Below, one piece after another: positions 28,923 through 38,710 of a stretch of 64,000 nucleotides of DNA (within the stretch, counting starts at the first letter, position 1; every line of letters starts with the position of its first letter). Under the pieces are notes generated by a model that had not been told where the DNA came from, did no database searches, and saw only the letters and a program-made list of their open reading frames with translations. The stretch comes from an uncultured Candidatus Saccharibacteria bacterium (GTDB lineage: Bacteria > Patescibacteriota > Minisyncoccia > Phycocordibacterales > UBA2100). The translations under genes were made by a program, and so were the position numbers. Where the stretch lies: positions 5,739 to 69,738 of the forward strand of contig CAZUVH010000003.1 of NCBI GenBank assembly GCA_964623775.1. The letters are read 5' to 3'.

Positions 28923-30194
28923 TCAGACGAACGATTCGGGGATCGGGAATCTCTTGCAGAGACGGCGGATTTCTTCGCGAATTTCTTTGTGGCGCTTCTT
29001 GTCGCCCTTGTTCTTGATGGTCTCCACCATGAGCTCAGCGACGCGGGCGCACTCCTTTTCCTTGAATTTGCGCGTCGTGATTGCGGGGGTGCCAAAGCGG
29101 ATACCGGAGGGGTCCATTGGTTTACGGGTGTCGTCGGCGATCGCGTTTTTGTTGAGTGTGATGCCCACGCTATCGAGGAGCGTCTCTGCTTCGTGGCCGG
29201 TGATACCAAGCGACCCGAACACATCCGCAAGGATCAGGTGATTGGATGTGCCGCCCGTGATGAGACGGATGTTGTTTTTCAGGAATACTTTTTCCATCGC
29301 TTTCGCATTCTTCAAAACTTGCTTCGCATATGTACGGAACGATGGCTTCAGTGCTTCGCCAAAAGCGACCGCCTTTGCGGCTATATTGTTCATATGCGGA
29401 CCGCCTTGGAGGCCGGGGAAGACCATCTTGTCGATCTTTTTTGCGATCTCTTCGCTCTCGCGCGTGAGGATCAGGCCGCCGCGGGGGCCGCGGAGCGTCT
29501 TGTGCGTCGTCGAGGTCATGACATCAAAACCGAAGTCGAACGGATTTTTTACTGCCTTGCCGGCAATAAGGCCTGCGATGTGGGCGATATCCATGACGGC
29601 ATACGCGCCGACTTCGCGGGCGATCGAGACGAATTTTGCGTAGTCGAGCTCGCGCGGATAGGCGGAGAAGCCCGCGAGTACTATTTTGGGCTTGGTCTGG
29701 ATCGCCGTGCGGCGCATTGCGTCGTAATCGATCTCTCCCGTATTCGGATTTTTCATCTTGTAGCGGACAAAATTGAAGATCTTGGTGAGGTAGGTCACCG
29801 GATGTCCGTGGGTGAGGTGGCCGCCATGGGAGAGATCCATCCCGAGGACTGTCTCGCCCGGTTGCAGGAGTGCAAAATACATCGCGATATTCGCATTGGC
29901 GCCGCCCAAGGTCTGGACGTTGGCATATTTGGCACCAAAGAGTTTCTTCGCGCGCTCGATCGCGATATTTTCTACGATGTCCGTGTATTTCTGACCGCCA
30001 TAGTAGCGGCGTCCCGGGTAGCCCTCGGAATATTTATTCGTGAGTGATGATGCATTGGCCTCGCGCACCGCAGCTGAGACGTAATTTTCTGAGGGGATCA
30101 GTTCGAGGCCGTCTGCTTCGCGCGTATCTTCGCCGATCAGGGCCTCAAATACCTGCTTGTCCTGCTTTTTTATGTGAGTGTAGACATTTTTCAT
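28923..30194 (-). CDS. glyA: Serine hydroxymethyltransferase
   Basis: LIPSENY, NKYSEGYPGRRYYGG, GGHLTHG, TTHKTLRGPRGG. Confidence 0.98.
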   Translation of the reverse strand: MKNVYTHIKKQDKQVFEALIGEDTREADGLELIPSENYVSAAVREANASSLTNKYSEGYPGRRYYGGQKYTDIVENIAIERAKKLFGAKYANVQTLGGANANIAMYFALLQPGETVLGMDLSHGGHLTHGHPVTYLTKIFNFVRYKMKNPNTGEIDYDAMRRTAIQTKPKIVLAGFSAYPRELDYAKFVSIAREVGAYAVMDIAHIAGLIAGKAVKNPFDFGFDVMTSTTHKTLRGPRGGLILTRESEEIAKKIDKMVFPGLQGGPHMNNIAAKAVAFGEALKPSFRTYAKQVLKNAKAMEKVFLKNNIRLITGGTSNHLILADVFGSLGITGHEAETLLDSVGITLNKNAIADDTRKPMDPSGIRFGTPAITTRKFKEKECARVAELMVETIKNKGDKKRHKEIREEIRRLCKRFPIPESFV

Positions 30195-30261
30195 GAGAGT
30201 TGAGTTAGTGATAGTTCGTCCGTGAGAGCCTTAAATCATGGGGGACATAATATCACAAAGA

Positions 30262-30286
30262 AAAATCCCGCCAGAGGCGGGATTTT
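30262..30286 (-). terminator. Terminator after tmk
   Basis: aaaatcccgcc-aga-ggcgggatttt. Confidence 0.7.
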
Positions 30287-30917
30287 ATGCTGCGATGAGC
30301 TGGCGCACAAGATCGAGGGTCTTTTTTTGTACATGTTCCAAGGGTGGTTCGGCATCGATTATCGAGTGGGAAATCGGCGTATGTTCGTTGGTGAAGAACC
30401 GTGAGTAACCTGCGCGTACGCGTTCGTGGAATGCGATGTCGCGTTCATCGAAGTGAGTCAATTTTTCCTGACGGCTCTTGGCCCGTGAAAGTCCGGTCCT
30501 CGTGTCGATGTCATAGAGGATGTAGTGATCCGGCCGATGCACAAGCTCTTTGCGACGTTCCCAAAAGACGGGCTCCAAATGCCGATTTTCTTGGCCGTAG
30601 ATCTGGTACGTGAAGGTCGAGCCATCAAATCTGTCGCAGAGTGCTATTGCGCCACGCGCAATTGCCGGCAAGATAACGCTTCGCATATGGTCGCGCCGCG
30701 CATCCCAGAAAAAATCGAACAATGTTTCTACGGGGGTGAATTTCGCATCTGGGTGCAGAATAACCTCGCGAATCTTCTCCGCATAAGGCGATCCGCCGGG
30801 TTCGCGCGTCAAAACGACGTCGCGCCCCTCGGCCTTGAGTTGCTCATACACAAATTTTGCCTTGGTGGATTTACCGGAGCCTTCCCCGCCTTCAAAAGCA
30901 ATGAATATACCGCGCAT
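30285..30917 (-). CDS. tmk: Thymidylate kinase
   Basis: FEGGEGSGKST, TREPGG, CDRF..ST..YQ. Confidence 0.95.
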   Translation of the reverse strand: MRGIFIAFEGGEGSGKSTKAKFVYEQLKAEGRDVVLTREPGGSPYAEKIREVILHPDAKFTPVETLFDFFWDARRDHMRSVILPAIARGAIALCDRFDGSTFTYQIYGQENRHLEPVFWERRKELVHRPDHYILYDIDTRTGLSRAKSRQEKLTHFDERDIAFHERVRAGYSRFFTNEHTPISHSIIDAEPPLEHVQKKTLDLVRQLIAA

Positions 30918-30978
30918 AGTTGCTCCTTATACTACTTCGCTGACTGTAGGAGAAAATAGCACGCTGTACACAACAAGC

Positions 30979-30987
30979 TGTGGATAA
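30979..30987 (-). promoter_or_regulatory. Perfect DnaA box in tmk/dcd divergent promoter region
   Basis: TGTGGATAA = reverse complement of TTATCCACA. Confidence 0.5.
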
Positions 30988-31042
30988 ACTCCAAAAAAGA
31001 GATGCTACACTGCGCGGGTTATAATCAATATGCGCATGACAT

Positions 31043-31726
31043 ATGGCTCTATCTGACCGGAAAATTTTGCACGCAATAGACGAAGGCTCGATTGTCATCG
31101 AGCCGTTCGACCGCAAAAACTTGGCGACGTCAAGCTATGATGTCACCCTCGGCGAGTTTTTTTACACAGAAGCGCACCCGAAACATTTTGAAAATATTTA
31201 CAATATTTACGACAAGGCACACGTAGATCGCGTGTGGGGCACGGAGCCCAAGGTCGCCAAATCGGCTTCGCATGTGCTCCGCCATTACAATTTTGATTTC
31301 AGGGGTATCCAACCCGAAGAGAAAATAATCTTGCTAGCCCCCGGCGAGACGGTACTCGGACATACACAAGAATTTATCGGTGGTCGCGACCACATTACGA
31401 CCATGATGAAAGCGCGCAGCAGTTTGGGACGCAGTTTTATAGAAGTCTGCAAATGCGCCGGGTGGGGTGATGTGGGCTACATCAATCGCTGGACCATGGA
31501 GATCACCAACAACTCTTCTCATTACTACATCCCGCTCGTTGTGGGTCGGCGTATCGCGCAGATCGTTTTCTTCGAGACGGGGCCGATCATTGCGAGCGAT
31601 TATGCACAGGTCGGCAAATACCAGACGTCTGGGAGTCTGTCACAATTGAAGAAGAGCTGGAAGCCGGAAATGATGCTTCCGAGGTTGTTTACCGATCGCG
31701 ACATCAAGAAGCCGAGGAGAAAGTAA
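31043..31726 (+). CDS. dcd: dCTP deaminase
   Basis: LSDR, SSYDVTLG, ARSSLGR, TMEITN, RIAQIVF, GKYQ. Confidence 0.9.
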   Translation: MALSDRKILHAIDEGSIVIEPFDRKNLATSSYDVTLGEFFYTEAHPKHFENIYNIYDKAHVDRVWGTEPKVAKSASHVLRHYNFDFRGIQPEEKIILLAPGETVLGHTQEFIGGRDHITTMMKARSSLGRSFIEVCKCAGWGDVGYINRWTMEITNNSSHYYIPLVVGRRIAQIVFFETGPIIASDYAQVGKYQTSGSLSQLKKSWKPEMMLPRLFTDRDIKKPRRK

Positions 31727-31727
31727 T

Positions 31728-32567
31728 ATGAAAACATACAACGACATACTGCGCCGCATCATGGATGAGGGCGTTGATCGTCAGGGCCGCAATGCCATGA
31801 CGCGATCGCTTTTTGCCCTGCAGATGCGCTTCGACATGGCCGATGGTTTTCCCGCCGTTACCACCAAGAAATTGGCATTCAAGGCGGTCAAAAGCGAGCT
31901 TCTTTGGTTCCTCGCCATGAAGGGCAAGGAGCGAGCGAGCGACGAGCACTTGAAGGAGCTCAACCAGAGCGAGCGAACGATCTGGACGGACAATGCGGAG
32001 GCGGACTATTGGACGCCGAAATCGAAATTCAAAGGTGACCTCGGTCGCGTCTACGGCATCCAGTGGCGCAGTTGGACGGCCCCCGATGGTCGCGTGATCG
32101 ACCAAGTGGCCGATCTCATTGAGCGGATCAAGAAGACCCCGACCGATCGCAGGCTCATCGTGACCGCATGGAATCCCGGCGAGTTGCACGATATGGCGCT
32201 GCCACCGTGCCACATGCTCTTTCAGTGTTATGTCGCCAATGACAGACTTTCACTCCATATGACACAGCGCAGCTGCGATATGTTCCTCGGCGTGCCGTTC
32301 AACATCGCTTCCTATGCGCTCCTCCTTGCCATGCTCGCGCAGGTGACCGACCTCGAGCCCGGAGAATGCATCCTCACGCTCCAGGATGCGCACGTCTATC
32401 ATGATCATTTTGACGCGGTGAAGGAGCAGCTGTCGAGGGAGCCGATGAAGCCTCCGACGCTCTGGCTCAATCCCGAGAGGAAGAATATCGACGATTTCAC
32501 CATGGACGACATCCGGCTCGATAATTACGTAAGTCACCCAGGGATTAAGGCAAAGATGATAGTTTGA
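31728..32567 (+). CDS. thyA: Thymidylate synthase
   Basis: TTKKL, ELLWF, MALPPCH, QRSCDMFLGVPFNIASY. Confidence 0.97.
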   Translation: MKTYNDILRRIMDEGVDRQGRNAMTRSLFALQMRFDMADGFPAVTTKKLAFKAVKSELLWFLAMKGKERASDEHLKELNQSERTIWTDNAEADYWTPKSKFKGDLGRVYGIQWRSWTAPDGRVIDQVADLIERIKKTPTDRRLIVTAWNPGELHDMALPPCHMLFQCYVANDRLSLHMTQRSCDMFLGVPFNIASYALLLAMLAQVTDLEPGECILTLQDAHVYHDHFDAVKEQLSREPMKPPTLWLNPERKNIDDFTMDDIRLDNYVSHPGIKAKMIV

Positions 32568-32632
32568 CAGACACTGTATTTTGTTATATCGTGTGGCCAG
32601 ATTGAAATAGTCCCATTTACCAGGAGGTTTCA

Positions 32633-32914
32633 ATGTGGACACGGACTGTCTGTAGGAAAGCAATGAAGATGGCCATTCTGGTTCTTTTTTTTCTACCGAT
32701 GTTCGTCATCTTTGTTGCTGCGGAGACGTACATGGTTCTTATGTTTCCGTGGATGATCTTGAGCGGAATTTCGAACTCTGCACAAGTCGACCATGTATTC
32801 CTGTGGATATGGGGCGTCCTGATCGCGCTTACCTGCGTTGTTGGGGTCGGAGTCGCACTTGGTCCTCTTCGGGACGAGACGCTCAAAACATTCCGATCAT
32901 TCATCCACTCGTGA
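32633..32914 (+). CDS. Small 2-TM hypothetical membrane protein
   Basis: AGGAGG SD, own TTGACA-N17-TATCGT promoter (32564-32592), downstream terminator. Confidence 0.65.
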   Translation: MWTRTVCRKAMKMAILVLFFLPMFVIFVAAETYMVLMFPWMILSGISNSAQVDHVFLWIWGVLIALTCVVGVGVALGPLRDETLKTFRSFIHS

Positions 32915-32958
32915 ACTTGTTCGCATTAAGAGGGCACGACGCGAACATTGTTACAATA

Positions 32959-32994
32959 AGCGAGTCATCCGAAAGGGTGGCTCGTTCTTTTTTT
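32959..32994 (+). terminator. Intrinsic terminator
   Basis: agcgagtcatcc-gaaa-gggtggctcgtt plus T-run. Confidence 0.75.
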
Positions 32995-33010
32995 GAGAGG
33001 TTATAATCGC

Positions 33011-33559
33011 ATGATGACGACCCATCTGACCACTATCAGCATGATTGCTTCTCTTGGGAAGAATCGCGAGCTAGGGAAGGATAATGAGCTTCTGTGGCCC
33101 ATCCCCGACGATTTGAAGCGATTTCGCTCGATCACGACCGGACACCCGGTCATCATGGGTCGCAAGACATTTGAATCGATCTTCGCGATGATCGGCAAGC
33201 CGCTCCCAAACCGCACCAATATCGTCGTCACGCGCGATGCCGATTGGAAAGCGCCAAGCGAAGAGGTGATCAAGGCGAATTCGATGTACGACGCGGTCGT
33301 GCGGGCAAAAAATATCGATCCGGTGGAGATATGCATCATCGGTGGCGCGCAGATATACGAAGAGGGGATCAAGTTTGCCAACAAGCTATACCTCACACTC
33401 GTTGATGCCGAAGCCGAAGCTGACACATTTTTCCCGCCTTACGAAGCTGAGTTCACCAAAAAAGTATTTGAGGAGGTACGAGATTGGAATGGGCTCAAAT
33501 ACACGTGGGTGGATTTGGAGCGCTCCGTACAGTATCCTGGCGAAAGCAAAGAGGTGTAA
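33011..33559 (+). CDS. folA: Dihydrofolate reductase
   Basis: LGKDNELLWPIPDDLKRF, IMGRKTFES, PLPNRTNIV, IIGGAQIY, DTFFP. Confidence 0.96.
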   Translation: MMTTHLTTISMIASLGKNRELGKDNELLWPIPDDLKRFRSITTGHPVIMGRKTFESIFAMIGKPLPNRTNIVVTRDADWKAPSEEVIKANSMYDAVVRAKNIDPVEICIIGGAQIYEEGIKFANKLYLTLVDAEAEADTFFPPYEAEFTKKVFEEVRDWNGLKYTWVDLERSVQYPGESKEV

Positions 33560-33562
33560 GTA

Positions 33563-34666
33563 ATGGCCAGCAATTATTCCGACTACGTACAGATCGATAA
33601 GGCGAATCTATTTAAGCGGGAAGCGCAAGCTGAAGCTCTGCGGTCAACTGCCGACATAGGCAGACTTGGGCTTAAGGATGCATCGTGGACAATCGGTGAG
33701 AGTGTACATCTCATCGAGGACAAAAGCGCGTTTTGGGCGCATGTGAACGAAGGTCTTGGCACCAAGAACCTGGTGGCCGACGAAATGTTTTGGTGCACCG
33801 ACCGCTCCTTTGATGCCAATGTGGCCAAGGATACTGTTGCTATGATCGTCAACGATGGAGCGCCGCTCGGCGCTGTGCCCGTTACTGTTGCGATGCATGC
33901 GGCAGCTGGATCAACGCATTGGTTTAATTCCGCTGTGCGCCGCAAACAATTTCTATTGGGATGGCGCGAGGCCTGCGACGAGGCGCGTTGCTTGTACCGA
34001 GGCGGAGAAACTCCGATTGTCCGCGACATGGTAAAAAGCGACAGCGCGCTTCTCTCGGGCTCGATGATTGGCATTATTCGGCCGAAATCGCGACTCATTC
34101 GCCGTAATATCCGTCACGGTGATGGAATCGTTATTCTCACGAGTTCTGGGGTTCATGCCAATGGCCTGACGCTTGCCCGCAAGATAGCCGAGGGTTTACG
34201 CGAGGGCTACCGTACTAAAATTTCCGATGGACGAATGTACGGCGAAGCGCTCCTTGATCCGACGCATATCTATGTTGGATTTGTCGAGGATTGTCTCAAT
34301 GCGGGCGTTAAGATCCACTATGGCGTGAACATCACGGGACACGGGTGGCGCAAATTCATGCGTGCGCCCGAGCCGTTTACGTACGTGATCGAGCAAATAC
34401 CTACGCCGCAACCCGTGTTTGACTTCATTGCGCAGAAGGGCAACGTGTCGCTTCGCGATATGTATGCCGACTACAATATGGGAGCAGGTTTTGCGCTCTA
34501 TGTACCACCGGGCCAGGTATCCAAAGTGATCAGGCTCTGGCAGAAGGGTAATTATCCGTTCCAGGTCTTCGGGGCGGGACACATCGAGAAGAGTAAGAAG
34601 CGTCGTGTTGTCATCGAACGGAGTGGTTTTGAACCATTCGAAGAAGATGAGCTACAGGTTCGTTAA
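33563..34666 (+). CDS. purM: AIR synthase (PurM)-family protein
   Basis: EGLGTK, VAMIVND, GGET, SSGVHANG, NITGHG, NMGAGF. Confidence 0.85.
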   Translation: MASNYSDYVQIDKANLFKREAQAEALRSTADIGRLGLKDASWTIGESVHLIEDKSAFWAHVNEGLGTKNLVADEMFWCTDRSFDANVAKDTVAMIVNDGAPLGAVPVTVAMHAAAGSTHWFNSAVRRKQFLLGWREACDEARCLYRGGETPIVRDMVKSDSALLSGSMIGIIRPKSRLIRRNIRHGDGIVILTSSGVHANGLTLARKIAEGLREGYRTKISDGRMYGEALLDPTHIYVGFVEDCLNAGVKIHYGVNITGHGWRKFMRAPEPFTYVIEQIPTPQPVFDFIAQKGNVSLRDMYADYNMGAGFALYVPPGQVSKVIRLWQKGNYPFQVFGAGHIEKSKKRRVVIERSGFEPFEEDELQVR

Positions 34667-34669
34667 AAC

Positions 34670-34695
34670 AAAGGCCTCGCATATGCGAGGCCTTT
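34670..34695. terminator. Bidirectional terminator
   Basis: aaaggcctcgcatatgcgaggccttt perfect palindrome between convergent genes. Confidence 0.8.
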
Positions 34696-34698
34696 TTG

Positions 34699-35481
34699 TT
34701 ATTGCCGCAATCCCAGGCCCGTGCGGATCAAATACCAATTGATAGCCACGAGCGCTACGATCATTGTCGCAAGGACGATAAGTGGAATGAAAAGTGGTAT
34801 ATCGGAAATGCCGAGGAATCCATAACGGAAGCCGTTGATGAGATAGAAGATCGGATTCACGTATGTCACGTACTGCGCCAATTGCGGCAGTGCGTGTACG
34901 GAGTAGAAGACGCCACCGAGGTAGACGAGCGGCGTGAGCACGAAAGTCGGGACGAGGTTTATGCCGTCGATCGTTTTTGCGTAGACGCCGTTGACGAGTC
35001 CCGCGAGAGAAAAGACGATAGCGGTGAGGACGCCAAACCCGAGAATGATGAGGAGATTGTGCGTGTCGAGGTGGAGCCCGGTGAAAAAGAGCGACACAAA
35101 CATGACAAGTGTCCCGACGAGCACGCCGCGAATGACACCGCCTGCAACGAAGCCGGAGATAATGAGCCACGGCGGCATTGGGGAGACGAGCATTTCATCG
35201 ATTGAGCGCGCAAAGAATTTTGACTGGAAAAAGGTGAAGGAAGAATTGGCGTAGGAAGAGGTGACGATCGCGAGCATCACGAGACCTGGCACGACGAAGC
35301 TCATGTAATCGACACCCTGCATTTCACCGATTCGAGACCCGAGGACGGTGCCAAATACGAGAAAGTACAGCACCGACGTAATAACACTCGGAAGAAATGT
35401 CTGTACCCAAATACGAAATATACGCGTCACGTCTTTGCGCAACATCGTATAAAAGGCGATCCATTTACGACGATTATCCAT
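34699..35481 (-). CDS. ABC-2 transporter permease (YadH-like)
   Basis: RIWVQTFLP, FVVPGLVM, LTPLVYLGGVFYS, NPIFYLINGFRYGFLG. Confidence 0.9.
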   Translation of the reverse strand: MDNRRKWIAFYTMLRKDVTRIFRIWVQTFLPSVITSVLYFLVFGTVLGSRIGEMQGVDYMSFVVPGLVMLAIVTSSYANSSFTFFQSKFFARSIDEMLVSPMPPWLIISGFVAGGVIRGVLVGTLVMFVSLFFTGLHLDTHNLLIILGFGVLTAIVFSLAGLVNGVYAKTIDGINLVPTFVLTPLVYLGGVFYSVHALPQLAQYVTYVNPIFYLINGFRYGFLGISDIPLFIPLIVLATMIVALVAINWYLIRTGLGLRQ

Positions 35482-35482
35482 A

Positions 35483-36259
35483 TTATTTATCAGAGGTAAG
35501 TTTAAGGAATACTTCTTCGAGCCTGCCGCCACGGTAGCCGTCTTGTGGCTTGCCTGAATCATCGTGCATAGCGAGGATCTCACTCATCGTGCCGTTGGCG
35601 ACAATCTGCCCTTTGTTGATGATCGCCACGTGTTTTGCGAGTTGCTCGGCTTCTTCAAGATAGTGCGTGGTGAGAAGAATCGTGAGACCGTCTGCGGTCA
35701 ATTTTTTCAGATAATCCCACATGCCTCGGCGCAATTCGACATCGACACCTGCGGTAGGCTCATCGAGAATAAGGAACTGCGGTTTGTGGATGAGTGCACG
35801 GGCGATCATGAGGCGGCGCTTCATACCGCCCGAGAGCTGCATGCCGGTGCCATACATTTTTTCGCCAAGTCCAAGATCACTGAGGAGTTGCTTGGCACGC
35901 GGGATCGCTTCCGAACGGGGGATGCCGTAGTAGCCGCCCTGATTGATCACTGTGTCGATCGGTCTTTCAAACGGATTGAAATTGATCTCTTGGCCGACGA
36001 GGCCGATGTACGTCTTTGCTTTCTCGGTCTCTTTGTCTGTATTGTGACCAAATACTTCCACAGTGCCGCTCGTTTTATTCACGAGCCCTGCAGTGATGCC
36101 GATGATGGTCGTCTTGCCGGCGCCGTTGGGTCCGAGGAGGGCGAAGAAATCGCCACGCGGAATATCAAGTGAGATACCTTTGAGAGCCTGGACACCATTG
36201 CTGTAGGTTTTGGTGACGTCTCTAATTGAGAGTGCGCTTATGTCCTTATTTTCGGCCAT
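35483..36259 (-). CDS. ABC transporter ATP-binding protein (YadG-like)
   Basis: GPNGAGKTT, LSGGMKRR, ILDEPTAGVD, THYLEEAE. Confidence 0.93.
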   Translation of the reverse strand: MAENKDISALSIRDVTKTYSNGVQALKGISLDIPRGDFFALLGPNGAGKTTIIGITAGLVNKTSGTVEVFGHNTDKETEKAKTYIGLVGQEINFNPFERPIDTVINQGGYYGIPRSEAIPRAKQLLSDLGLGEKMYGTGMQLSGGMKRRLMIARALIHKPQFLILDEPTAGVDVELRRGMWDYLKKLTADGLTILLTTHYLEEAEQLAKHVAIINKGQIVANGTMSEILAMHDDSGKPQDGYRGGRLEEVFLKLTSDK

Positions 36260-36366
36260 ATAACGAAGAAGTGTATCACAAAAGATGAAGATTCCGCTGA
36301 ATTGACTTCACTATGTATAAGTGGTTAAGTGTGCACAGAATCGATGTTTGTAAATAGGAGTGGAAA

Positions 36367-37269
36367 ATGAGCACGGAAGATCGGAGTACGGAATTCATCG
36401 ACGAGATGAATCCTCATCGGGCACTGCGGTTCTTGCTCAAGGAATTGGGTGCACCCAAGTCGGTGAGGGATGCTAAAAGACAGATCCACAAAGCCGTGGA
36501 CGCGATCTCGGATCGTCTGTCGACCGGAAAAGGCCGACTCATTTATGTCGGTGCAGGTACGTCTGGCCGCCTCGGTGTGCAGGACGGTGCGGAACTTTGG
36601 CCGACCTTTGGTTGGCCGAAAGAGCGGTTTGCGTATCTTATTGCCGGCGGCGACAAGGCGCTTACTCAGTCGGTGGAAAGGGCTGAGGACGATATCACGG
36701 ACGCCTTCCTGCGTGTCCGCGATCTGGAAATCGGAAAAAACGACATTGTGATCGCGCTTGCCGCAAGCGGCAGCACGCTCTTTACGCGCAAGGCAGTCAA
36801 TGAGGCAAAAAGTTGCGGCGCTCTCACCATCGGGATCGCGAACAATGGGGGCAGCCCACTTCTCGAAGAGTGTGATCATCCCATTTTTCTTGATACAGGA
36901 GCGGAACCGATCGCCGGATCGACGCGTATGAAAGCGGGGACGTCGCAGTGTGTCGTCCTCAAGATTCTTTCGACGCTCGTAATGGTACGGCTCGGGTACG
37001 TGTACAAGGGAATGATGGTCAATGTACGCGCCGTAAATGACAAATTGAAAAGGCGCGCGGTCGCTATGGTACAAACGATTACCCGATGTGATAAGGAATG
37101 GGCCGAGCAGGCGCTTCTGCAAGCCGATTGGGAAGTGGGTGTGGCCGTCGTTATGCACGGCGGTACCGCGCTCCCGTGCGCGCAAAATCAGTTTCTCGAT
37201 ATATATGAGAGGAATTTGCGCGAATACTTTATCGGGGAAAAAATCATACAAGCGACGCGAATGAAATAA
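36367..37269 (+). CDS. murQ: N-acetylmuramic acid 6-phosphate etherase
   Basis: GAGTSGRLG, EL.PTF, AEDD, AASGST, GSTRMKAGTSQ, N.KL..RA. Confidence 0.9.
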   Translation: MSTEDRSTEFIDEMNPHRALRFLLKELGAPKSVRDAKRQIHKAVDAISDRLSTGKGRLIYVGAGTSGRLGVQDGAELWPTFGWPKERFAYLIAGGDKALTQSVERAEDDITDAFLRVRDLEIGKNDIVIALAASGSTLFTRKAVNEAKSCGALTIGIANNGGSPLLEECDHPIFLDTGAEPIAGSTRMKAGTSQCVVLKILSTLVMVRLGYVYKGMMVNVRAVNDKLKRRAVAMVQTITRCDKEWAEQALLQADWEVGVAVVMHGGTALPCAQNQFLDIYERNLREYFIGEKIIQATRMK

Positions 37270-37313
37270 CAAAAAGCGGGATCACACTGGTCCCGCTTTT
37301 CTTTTTGCCTTTC

Positions 37314-38702
37314 TCAGGAGCGGATGAGCGCAAGGATCTCGTCGCGCTTTTTTTCCATAAGCTCTTTGTATGTGGCTTCAACGATGAGGCGAATCAGGGG
37401 CTCGGTATTGGAGAGGCGTACGCTAAACCAGTAGTCATTGTACGTGATCGAAAGTCCGTCGATCTGTGAGAGCGCACCATCCCTGTATTTTTCCTGGATC
37501 TGTTTCAATTTCTCGAGACCCTTTTCTCGACTTTCGAGCTTTGTATTGATCTCCCCCGAATTGAAATAGCGCTTATATGGCTTTACGATTTCTGAAAACG
37601 GCTTATCCTTTGCGGTGAGAAAATGGAGAAGCTTCGAGAGGAGCATAAAAGGCGCCTCAAACGTGCCGTAGGGGAGTTTGTAAAAAAAGTGCCCGGAAGA
37701 TTCTCCACCGAAGATCGCCTTTTCCTTGATCATGATCTCTTTTATGATCGAGTGCCCAACGGGGGAGCGGATCGCTCGACCGCCCGCGTCGTCGATCATG
37801 TCGCGCGTGATCTTGCCGGGGCGCACATCGTATACCACTGTGGCACCGATGTGCGTGAAAAGTTCGATCTGCGCAAGAATGCCACGCAATATTTCTTGCG
37901 GGACCAGCTCGCCTTTTTCGTCGAAGAAAAAGTAGCGGTCGCCATCGCCATCAGAGGAGATGCCGAGATCGCAGTGTTCCTCGACGATCTTTTTACGCAG
38001 GTCGGCGGTGTTCTCCTCCTTCATGGGGTCTGCTGGATGCGCAGGGAAGGTGCCGTCGGGCGTATCGTTCATCCATACGACTGTGCACGGCAATTTTGCA
38101 AAAAAAGCCTTCATGTCGGGACCGCCCATGCCGTTTGCCCCATCGATCGCGATCTTGAACGGTTTGATCTTGGCAAAATCTTTGCCGATTTCCTCCATTT
38201 GTTCGTTGAGAATTGTGTCGAGGACGCCGGGTCGCTGCTGCAAAATGCCACGATCCTTTTCAGCTACCAGCGGCGCGTACTGGTCGTTTTCGATCGTCTT
38301 TTTTACCTCTTCAATTCCGCTCGTGTAGCTGACGGGCGTTGCATGGCGGCCGACAAATTTGAATCCGTTCCAGTCCTTGGGATTATGCGAGGCCGAGACC
38401 TGTGCGCCGGCATCGTAGCCGTAATATGCGACGGCAAAATAAAAAGTCGGCGTGGAGAGCATGCCGATGTCGTCGACTGCGATACCACTATCGAGCAGAC
38501 CTCGGATGAATTGCTGCTTGAGCTCGGGCGTCGAAAGACGCATGTCTCCCGCCACCGCGACACGCATCGTCTCGCGGGGCATTTTTTTGAGGAGGAACGT
38601 CGCATAGCTTCGCCCGATCGCATACGCGACATCTGTATTGATCTGAGAGGGGTAGAGGCCGCGGACATCGTAGGCTTTAAATATGGATGCTTCAACTTTC
38701 AC
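37314..38702 (-). CDS. Phosphomannomutase/phosphoglucomutase
   Basis: FKAYDVRG, SASHNP, DGDGDR, GGESSGH, RLSNTEP. Confidence 0.95.
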   Translation of the reverse strand: MKVEASIFKAYDVRGLYPSQINTDVAYAIGRSYATFLLKKMPRETMRVAVAGDMRLSTPELKQQFIRGLLDSGIAVDDIGMLSTPTFYFAVAYYGYDAGAQVSASHNPKDWNGFKFVGRHATPVSYTSGIEEVKKTIENDQYAPLVAEKDRGILQQRPGVLDTILNEQMEEIGKDFAKIKPFKIAIDGANGMGGPDMKAFFAKLPCTVVWMNDTPDGTFPAHPADPMKEENTADLRKKIVEEHCDLGISSDGDGDRYFFFDEKGELVPQEILRGILAQIELFTHIGATVVYDVRPGKITRDMIDDAGGRAIRSPVGHSIIKEIMIKEKAIFGGESSGHFFYKLPYGTFEAPFMLLSKLLHFLTAKDKPFSEIVKPYKRYFNSGEINTKLESREKGLEKLKQIQEKYRDGALSQIDGLSITYNDYWFSVRLSNTEPLIRLIVEATYKELMEKKRDEILALIRS

Positions 38703-38710
38703 CTAAAAAG

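Noticed and set aside
28839-30047. 402-aa ORF antisense to glyA
   Set aside because: Shadow of codon bias on a conserved gene, with no recognisable motifs
32912-32923. TGAACTTGTTCG repeated at 62685-62696
   Set aside because: Identical 12-mers are expected by chance in 64 kb, and the spacing does not fit a GAAC-N4-GTTC box
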